A stretch of DNA of 64,000 nucleotides from a virus. Its lineage: Duplodnaviria > Caudoviricetes. The stretch is from the IMG/VR virus record IMGVR_UViG_3300020718_000278, positions 18,586 through 82,585 of that record; one strand, written 5' to 3'. Position numbers and translations under genes: made by a program. Numbering within the stretch: the stretch's first letter is position 1; each line of letters begins with the position of its first letter. Positions 58,146-64,000 of the stretch are shown one piece after another. Under the pieces are notes generated by a model. The model worked only from the letters and a program-made list of their open reading frames with translations. It was not told where the DNA came from and searched no databases.

Positions 58146-59320
58146 GTAGTGAACTCCATAAATTTTGTATAATGTCCTATGTTATATCTTTGTCGAAATG
58201 TTATAAAGCTATTTTTGTTTAAACCAAGATACTTTGGGTGTATGTTTTTATAAAATAGTTTGAAATCACTTTCGACCATCTGATGTATGTGTGTTCCTTT
58301 GTGTAGGATATTAAACCAATCGTGTTGAGGCGACAAAAATGATATAGCTGATTTTTGACATTGAAATACATTATCATATGTTGTAGGATATATAGCTGGC
58401 ACAATGCTTCTTTGGTAATCACCTTTGACAGTACCTGCTTCTTGAATTCGGTCTTCATGCCATAATTTAACACCGCCCATTTGCTTAACTAAATCAGTTA
58501 ACCATAAGTTTTCTTTTTTATGAATGAACTTTGCTACAGCGTGGCTTTGTTTTACTAACATTTCTGGCAGTTCAGGTCCCCAGTAAAATATTACTCGACT
58601 AACATTAGGATAATCCTTATCAAAAGGTTGAACTGCGTTATTAACACCTAAATCTGTAATAAGTGTACATAGACTACCATCGTTGTTATATCTTATTATA
58701 GGTTTATCGATACCCCATACTATAGCAATGCGTTTTCCTTGTTCTGCTAAATCTTTAAGATGTTTAAATTTATTTAGATCTCCTTTAGCATTAATTACAG
58801 GATTGACCCAGTCTAAACATTCATATAACCATTTATCTGTTTGATATTTGGTAATATCTTCAAAGTAATCATTAATAGTAATTTTTATATTTGGAAAACT
58901 AGTTGCAATTTCGTTTAGCAACGGAAATAGCGCATATTTTGTTTCGCTAATAGTGTTACTAACTGAAGTATCTTTATCGTTCCAGTTCCAGTTATTCAAC
59001 CCTGACATTGGGGCAGAACCAATAATTTCATCTATATGTATGTTATTATTTAGAAAAGTTTTTACAACATTAGTACTATCGGCACCACCACTACACATGA
59101 TGATAACATAATCATAATCATTTCGAATTTGTTGAGCTCTGATTTTGTAAAGAGCATCCAATGAAAGTGAAGGTTCCTCCTGCCAATTAATACGATTGAA
59201 TGTATCGCAATGAAAGTCCCAAGTGACATCTGATAAGTTTGTTTGCGCCTCTAGTATTGCTTGAATTTTATTGGTAAATTTTTTACCATTAGCACTATAA
59301 TATCCTAGGTCAGCTGTCAT
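58142..59320 (-). CDS. PP-loop protein, long subfamily A
   Basis: LGYYSANG...WDFHCD...LDALYKIRAQQIRNDYDY...CSGGADSTN; WGIDKP. Confidence 0.78.
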   Translation of the reverse strand: MTADLGYYSANGKKFTNKIQAILEAQTNLSDVTWDFHCDTFNRINWQEEPSLSLDALYKIRAQQIRNDYDYVIIMCSGGADSTNVVKTFLNNNIHIDEIIGSAPMSGLNNWNWNDKDTSVSNTISETKYALFPLLNEIATSFPNIKITINDYFEDITKYQTDKWLYECLDWVNPVINAKGDLNKFKHLKDLAEQGKRIAIVWGIDKPIIRYNNDGSLCTLITDLGVNNAVQPFDKDYPNVSRVIFYWGPELPEMLVKQSHAVAKFIHKKENLWLTDLVKQMGGVKLWHEDRIQEAGTVKGDYQRSIVPAIYPTTYDNVFQCQKSAISFLSPQHDWFNILHKGTHIHQMVESDFKLFYKNIHPKYLGLNKNSFITFRQRYNIGHYTKFMEFTT

Positions 59321-59326
59321 GTCTGG

Positions 59327-61147
59327 TTAATCTAATAAAACAATATTTAGCGCATGGTCTGTTAGCAACAAATTAAACTGCTCTTGCAACCATTCGGTAT
59401 TGTTTATATTAGCCAACACTTCTGTGTTATCAGTATTATCCTGCCCAAACTTTTTACCAGCTAGAGCTCCTTTAATTGCCCAATCTCCAAACGGTTTATC
59501 ATTGCCTACAGAACACCATATCTCTAAACGCTTTTTGCTTTCTCGGTTTAGTTGTCGTTTTAATATGCCGCTAGCTAGTTTAGCGCATTCTCTAAATGCA
59601 CTCCTGAATGTGTTAAATGCGTCTGTGTTAAATTCGGTAGTGTTACTTACTTGTGACATAACTTTAAATTTACTACTAATACTAGTAGTCATATCTGTAC
59701 TCGATGGATCAACAGATAGCGTTAACTCTTTAGGTAATAATTTTACACCACCATATCCATATTCTAATCCATTTACTGGATTTTGACTACGCCATACATG
59801 AACGCAATCTCTATCAAATATTCCAGGTTGATAGTCAAAGCTCCAATCATCATTTAAATAAGCATCTCCGTCTACTACATAAAACATATCAGCGGCAACT
59901 AATTCGGCAGCACATTTATGGGCATTAACTATTCCCTTAACTCCGTTTACACGAAATGCTTTTGGCGATTTTTCTAAAACTCTTTGCCAGTTTTCTTCTG
60001 CGTTAGGTTCGTTGTAACTTATAAACACTACATCTAATGGGGGTAAATTAACTTTAATATTACCAACAATCTTAGTACCTTTTGGTTTAGCGGGCGAAAT
60101 TTTGGCTGCCCACACATCTTTAACTTCGTTACTTAACTTGCTATCAATCATCCATACATGCTCGTACTCTAACTCGTAATACGGTATATTTTCTAATATT
60201 GTATATTCTAAATTAGGCAATTCTGGGTTATATACTATCTTTGGTGACACATACCCCATATCTTTTAATGGCTTTTTGTCTCCACCTCTTAGTTTAACCT
60301 TGGCTACCCATACCTTATCTCCGTTTGGCCTAAATTTAGGATCTAAGTACCACACACATTCGTATTTGAAATCTTCATAAGTTATATTAAAATTTTTGTC
60401 ATATTCTATGTCAGGAATGTCAGGATTACGAATAACTCTAGTATGAACATCGGGAGTAACATATCCCATGTCTTTTAATAATTTAGTACCACCTCCTCTT
60501 GTTTTAACTTTAACGGCCCATACTTTGTCACTGTTCGGAGTAAACTTATTATCTAAATACCACACACATTCGTATTTGAAATCATGCCACGCAATATTAA
60601 AGTCTATAGGATATTTTAACTCGGGAAGGTCGGGATTATATATTATACGCATATGAACATCTGGAGTAATATGACCCATATCCTTTTCTCCCACCGGTTC
60701 ACTGTTTTGTAGGCGGCATTTCATAATCCAAATTTTATCTCCATTTGAGAATTTAGGATCTATGTACCATATCATTTCATATCTTAAATCATATAAATCA
60801 TTAATATCTGGTGTATTAAATTTAATATTAATATCGACATCGGGATTATATTCCCACTCAAGCTCAAGGTCAACTTCAAAATATTTCTGTTCAATAATCC
60901 AGTTTTTTGTAAAATGTTTGGCGATCCAGATTCCATTGTATTTCCAAACAATACATCGATCAGATTTTATAAATGGCAATGATTTTATGTTTTTATAAAA
61001 TTGAAACCCTTCAAAATCAGGATTGGCTATTATAAATTCATCGTATCCTTGCCCTAAATTATACAACTCTAGGTCAAATGCTTTGGCATCGCCTTTCCAT
61101 TCAATTGTTTTTATTTTTTTAATAGGAACATAATATGCGTCAATCAT
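59327..61147 (-). CDS. Repeat-containing glycosyltransferase-like protein (GT2-like C-terminus)
   Basis: C-terminal LDVVFISYNEP...RVNGVKGIVNAHK.AA...FYVVDGDA...YGYGGVKL; N-terminal 70-aa repeats. Confidence 0.65.
   Translation of the reverse strand: MIDAYYVPIKKIKTIEWKGDAKAFDLELYNLGQGYDEFIIANPDFEGFQFYKNIKSLPFIKSDRCIVWKYNGIWIAKHFTKNWIIEQKYFEVDLELEWEYNPDVDINIKFNTPDINDLYDLRYEMIWYIDPKFSNGDKIWIMKCRLQNSEPVGEKDMGHITPDVHMRIIYNPDLPELKYPIDFNIAWHDFKYECVWYLDNKFTPNSDKVWAVKVKTRGGGTKLLKDMGYVTPDVHTRVIRNPDIPDIEYDKNFNITYEDFKYECVWYLDPKFRPNGDKVWVAKVKLRGGDKKPLKDMGYVSPKIVYNPELPNLEYTILENIPYYELEYEHVWMIDSKLSNEVKDVWAAKISPAKPKGTKIVGNIKVNLPPLDVVFISYNEPNAEENWQRVLEKSPKAFRVNGVKGIVNAHKCAAELVAADMFYVVDGDAYLNDDWSFDYQPGIFDRDCVHVWRSQNPVNGLEYGYGGVKLLPKELTLSVDPSSTDMTTSISSKFKVMSQVSNTTEFNTDAFNTFRSAFRECAKLASGILKRQLNRESKKRLEIWCSVGNDKPFGDWAIKGALAGKKFGQDNTDNTEVLANINNTEWLQEQFNLLLTDHALNIVLLD
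60095..60856 (-). repeat. About four tandem 70-aa (210-bp) intragenic repeats
   Basis: TACCACACACATTCGTATTTGAAATC at 60348 and 60558 (210 bp apart); protein unit YNPD+P...FKYECVWYLD.KF....DKVW..K+K.......KDMGY++P. Confidence 0.85.
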
Positions 61148-62097
61148 ATATCTTTAATCCAGTTATAATATTCTTTTAAACCTTTGGTTAAATCAATAGT
61201 GGGGTAATATCCAAAATCTGATTTCGCTCGCATAATATTTAACTGACCTCGAATAGGAAAGTTAAAATCTCGCTTATCAACACGCACTGATCCTTTGCCA
61301 ACTATGTCGACAACTAGATTGGCAGCTTCTAAAAGTGTATAAGATTTACCGCGAGCTATGTTGTAAGTAGTGTTTGATGTATTGTCACTTATAGCGGCTA
61401 AAGCTATCCCCATGGCAGCGTCATCGATATAAGTAAAATCTAAAGAATCGTTAACACCATTAACAGTTAATATATCATCACGCATAGCGGCAGTTAAAAA
61501 TTTACTAATTACTCTATCTTCAACGTCGTGTGGACCATAAACAGCACTAGGTCGAATAATAGTATAATCTAAATCATATTGTCTATTATAATCTTGAACT
61601 AACATTTCTCCGGCAAATTTTAATATGCCGTATTGACCAAAAGGCTTACAATCAGAACTTTCGTCAATGCCATCGCACAAATCTTGTTTGTTAAAATTTC
61701 CATAAACCATGCTAGAACTAACATACACAAACTTTTTAACATTATGTTTTACGCTAAGTTCTAATAAGTTAAGTAATCCTTCGATCATTACTCTACTTCC
61801 TGCAGCAGGATTTTTATTTACAATTTTTTGTCTGGGAAAACTAGCAAGATGTATAACAACATCAACTCCCTCAAATATACTATCGTCAAAAGGTTTTTCA
61901 ATACTAGCAATACAAATATCGCGAGTTTTTATTCTACATAAACGTTCAAGCATTATATAATCTAATTCTGCTTTGGGAATAATATCGTAGTCAGTTTTAT
62001 TATCAATAATAGCACATTCATGCCGAAAACTTTCAAGTACACGAACTACATTGTGGCCTATAAAGCCCAGCCCACCAGTTACTAAGATTTTTGCCAT
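61144..62097 (-). CDS. NAD-dependent epimerase/dehydratase (extended SDR, NDP-sugar modifying)
   Basis: VTGGLGFIG, HLAS, YVSSSMVYG, YGILK (YxxxK), IIRPSAVYGP, DFTYIDD. Confidence 0.92.
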   Translation of the reverse strand: MAKILVTGGLGFIGHNVVRVLESFRHECAIIDNKTDYDIIPKAELDYIMLERLCRIKTRDICIASIEKPFDDSIFEGVDVVIHLASFPRQKIVNKNPAAGSRVMIEGLLNLLELSVKHNVKKFVYVSSSMVYGNFNKQDLCDGIDESSDCKPFGQYGILKFAGEMLVQDYNRQYDLDYTIIRPSAVYGPHDVEDRVISKFLTAAMRDDILTVNGVNDSLDFTYIDDAAMGIALAAISDNTSNTTYNIARGKSYTLLEAANLVVDIVGKGSVRVDKRDFNFPIRGQLNIMRAKSDFGYYPTIDLTKGLKEYYNWIKDI

Positions 62098-62417
62098 TTA
62101 AGTGCCCAAAAAGTTTGATCCTGTTCGTTGAGTCGAGCAATTACATAATATGTATGACCAAACGTGTACGGATTAATTACTCGATGCCAAAAAGGAGTTT
62201 CTATAGCATGTTCCATAACCCATTGCCCTACTTCTGAATTTTGCCACTCAGATAATGGCTGGGCGGCGTAGATATCTGGATCCTCAACATCACCCATATT
62301 AAATTCGTGAACTTTAACATCAGAAAATTTAACTGCTTTATCATTGATGAGTTTCCACTCGGGTGCTTTAAATAATTTTTCTGCTGTTGATGAACGAGTT
62401 GAAGGGCGGATTCCCAT
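62082..62417 (-). CDS. Hypothetical protein
   Basis: VHEFNMGDVEDPDIYAAQPL.EW..SE.G.W; likely start ATG 62417 just after a promoter. Confidence 0.65.
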   Translation of the reverse strand: MGIRPSTRSSTAEKLFKAPEWKLINDKAVKFSDVKVHEFNMGDVEDPDIYAAQPLSEWQNSEVGQWVMEHAIETPFWHRVINPYTFGHTYYVIARLNEQDQTFWALKWQKS

Positions 62418-62422
62418 AGTAC

Positions 62423-62451
62423 ATTGTAACAAAACTTTAGGTCTTTTACAA
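62423..62451 (-). promoter_or_regulatory. sigma70-type promoter (extended -10), likely leaderless
   Basis: TTGTAA-17 bp-TACAAT with TGn; ATG 5 nt after the -10. Confidence 0.6.
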
Positions 62452-62452
62452 C

Positions 62453-62758
62453 CTAAAGTTTTCCCAATATCTTATCAGTTTCTGGTTGAACTAGTGCTGC
62501 TACACTTTTAATATCAACTACAAAATCAACATCTTTGATTTGATCATCCAATTCCCCAAATGTACGGGTTACCAGTTGCTCAATATCTTCAATTTGTAAA
62601 CCTTGTTTGATTAACGTGTGTAAGTTGATGGTGCGTTGTTTGCCATCAGTTAATTTAATTACAATTTTTTTAATACACTCCAGTGGAACATCTGTTTTAT
62701 TTACTTCTTTAACAATAATTTCCCACTGGTCCAACAATTCATCAATTGGCTGCATCAC
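62453..62758 (-). CDS. Hypothetical protein (101 aa)
   Basis: Clean ORF overlapping the upstream stop. Confidence 0.65.
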   Translation of the reverse strand: MMQPIDELLDQWEIIVKEVNKTDVPLECIKKIVIKLTDGKQRTINLHTLIKQGLQIEDIEQLVTRTFGELDDQIKDVDFVVDIKSVAALVQPETDKILGKL

Positions 62759-63491
62759 TCACCGCAGACTTGGCTGGACGACCACGACGTCTAGGAGCTT
62801 CTACTACCGGAGGAGTCCAAGTAGCTTCACTTGGTGTTACACCTGGTACCATACGTTCAGCATCTTTCTTCATGCGTGAGGCTTCTGCAATCATAGCATT
62901 AGCTTCTTGTTCCATGCGTTTAGCTTGTGTTACCATGTTGGCGGCAATCTGACGGTCATTTAATACACCGTCTTGGGGTGCTATAAGTGGGTTAGGTGCT
63001 TGGAAACGAGATTCAGCAGATTGTTGTTTAGCAAGTTGTTCTTCTTTATAGCGAGCTTCGGCAGCACGTTTAACGGAAGGATCAACCATGCCACGACTAG
63101 CTTCGTTTTCTTCCATTTTTTTACGAGCTTCTTCGCCTTGATTCATTTCGTTAATTAATTTATTAAGTTCATCTAAACGGACGTTGGCATTAGTGGTGGG
63201 TGTCATAATAACATCGGCACAACGAATTTTCTTAATCATGCGCTCGCTGTGTAGTGTTTCGAGAATAGGACGACCATCCGGAAGTAATGAACGATGTAAC
63301 GCATCGGCCAGTTGATTAGCTTCTTGGCCAACAGGACTTTCTACAACTTTCTGAATAGCATCTTGCCATGCAGCATTGAGTACTTCGGGATAAATTACCA
63401 AACACATATGAGTGTCGCCCGGAACTTCACGATATAGTACTAATACTTTACGGTCATTATTTCTACCTACGTGTTTCATCATTTGTGCCAT
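62742..63491 (-). CDS. Hypothetical protein with coiled-coil C-terminus
   Basis: GGAG SD; MKHVGR...KVLVLYREVPG..HMCLV; higher GC with CGT/GCT-rich codons. Confidence 0.75.
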   Translation of the reverse strand: MAQMMKHVGRNNDRKVLVLYREVPGDTHMCLVIYPEVLNAAWQDAIQKVVESPVGQEANQLADALHRSLLPDGRPILETLHSERMIKKIRCADVIMTPTTNANVRLDELNKLINEMNQGEEARKKMEENEASRGMVDPSVKRAAEARYKEEQLAKQQSAESRFQAPNPLIAPQDGVLNDRQIAANMVTQAKRMEQEANAMIAEASRMKKDAERMVPGVTPSEATWTPPVVEAPRRRGRPAKSAVSDAAN

Positions 63492-63492
63492 G

Positions 63493-63747
63493 TTAATCTC
63501 CTTGGGTCATGTCACTGGGTAATGAATCATCAGTGGCGTTTGGCGTTTCTCCATTTTCGGAAGTAGCGGCTGCCGCTTGGGCTTGTTCCACAACCGTGTT
63601 TAGAAAAGTTGTAAGTTTGTCAAAGACAATTCCAACTTGTGTTAATTCAGCACCGCGAAATGCTCCGCGTTGTGCTGCAAGATCTACTATACCACGAAGA
63701 GCATCGAGATCAGCTACAGTAATTTGAGTTTGAGTAGTATTTTCCAT
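63493..63747 (-). CDS. Small hypothetical protein (84 aa)
   Basis: ITVADLDALRGIVDLAAQRGAFRGAELTQVG..FDKL. Confidence 0.7.
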   Translation of the reverse strand: MENTTQTQITVADLDALRGIVDLAAQRGAFRGAELTQVGIVFDKLTTFLNTVVEQAQAAAATSENGETPNATDDSLPSDMTQGD

Positions 63748-63752
63748 ACAGA

Positions 63753-63758
63753 TATTTA
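63753..63758 (-). promoter_or_regulatory. Late promoter core TAAATA, 5 nt before ATG 63747
   Basis: tTAAATA-tctgt-ATG. Confidence 0.55.
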
Positions 63759-63777
63759 ATATAAATTATTCGACGGC

Positions 63778-63810
63778 AAAAATAAAATACCCCTATTTTT
63801 GGGGTATTTT
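63778..63810 (-). terminator. Intrinsic terminator (possibly bidirectional)
   Basis: AAAATACCCC-7 nt-GGGGTATTTT perfect 10-bp stem with T-rich tails on both strands. Confidence 0.75.
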
Positions 63811-64000
63811 GGATAAGTTGACTGCTAGTTTTACTTGTTTAGTGCTAAATTTAACCAAATTAACCCAGCACTAATCGATGCTCCGATATAATCGCCGCGG
63901 CCGAGTTCATTTAATAGGCACTCCTATAATAAGTTTGATTAAAACAACACTTAATACAAAAATAGCTAACCAAACTGAAATAAATATTCCTAGTAAAGAA

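Noticed and set aside
44320-59320. PP-loop genes as QueC / 7-deazaguanine DNA-modification pathway
   Set aside because: No QueC C-terminal Cys/Zn cluster and no recognisable FolE, QueD or DpdA in the window; cannot be excluded genome-wide
44320-59320. Lasso-peptide cluster (AsnB-like cyclase)
   Set aside because: No transglutaminase-like B protease, no RRE, no Ntn domain and no precursor with a lasso leader visible
906-63727. Short track ORFs nested antisense or out of frame within long genes (e.g. 906-1151, 1629-1916, 7574-7915, 25598-25885, 38396-38914, 59400-59786)
   Set aside because: Shadow ORFs of well-supported genes with no motifs or RBS
1-64000. Stop-codon reassignment (TAG or TGA), as in some jumbo phages
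   Set aside because: Very long ORFs (5067 and 1143 aa) are intact in the standard code, and TAG/TGA end genes at sensible positions; the 4824 junction needs a frame change, not read-through
63831-64000. Possible frameshifted small membrane gene at the window edge (…LIKLIIGVPIK* followed by a start-less frame ECLLNELGRGDYIGASISAGLIWLNLALNK*)
   Set aside because: Truncated by the window edge with no start visible; cannot tell a frameshift from two unrelated frames
1-64000. tRNA, rRNA, CRISPR array or intein
   Set aside because: No cloverleaf, repeat-spacer array or intein splice motifs recognised; non-coding gaps are mostly under 120 bp and the largest is explained by the HNH remnant

Overview
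The window is a fragment of a large T4-like (gp55-encoding) contractile-tailed phage genome, about one-third GC by eye and read in the standard genetic code. (1) 11-2177 (-): gp55-like late sigma factor and gp47 (Mre11/SbcD-like) nuclease, with a homing-endonuclease remnant between them. (2) 2295-32846 (+): late baseplate/tail operon with tube-initiator-like, gp53-, hub-, gp5-, gp25- and gp6-like genes, a 5067-aa giant wedge/fibre protein and tail fibres, plus a free-standing GIY-YIG endonuclease and an HNH remnant. (3) About 32930-62097: a roughly 29-kb accessory island made almost entirely of tailoring enzymes and transport parts. It holds seven PP-loop (SGGxDS) ATP-pyrophosphatase paralogues in two subfamilies, three radical-SAM/SPASM proteins, TauD-like, two Asp/Asn-hydroxylase-like and Rieske oxygenases, a fatty-acid desaturase, two GNAT-like proteins, four glycosyltransferase-like proteins, two methyltransferases, an NDP-sugar epimerase, an amidohydrolase, a Na+/solute symporter and orphan Bug and DctP binding proteins. 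One PP-loop gene has no ATG/GTG/TTG start and appears to initiate at ATT. Many genes carry a TAAATA late-promoter core exactly 5 nt before the ATG, suggesting leaderless late mRNAs. (4) 62082-63747 (-): hypothetical genes. The island is the best candidate for an undescribed system: a phage-encoded modification or biosynthetic pathway, possibly decorating virion proteins. All family calls come from motif recognition by eye; no database searches were run.
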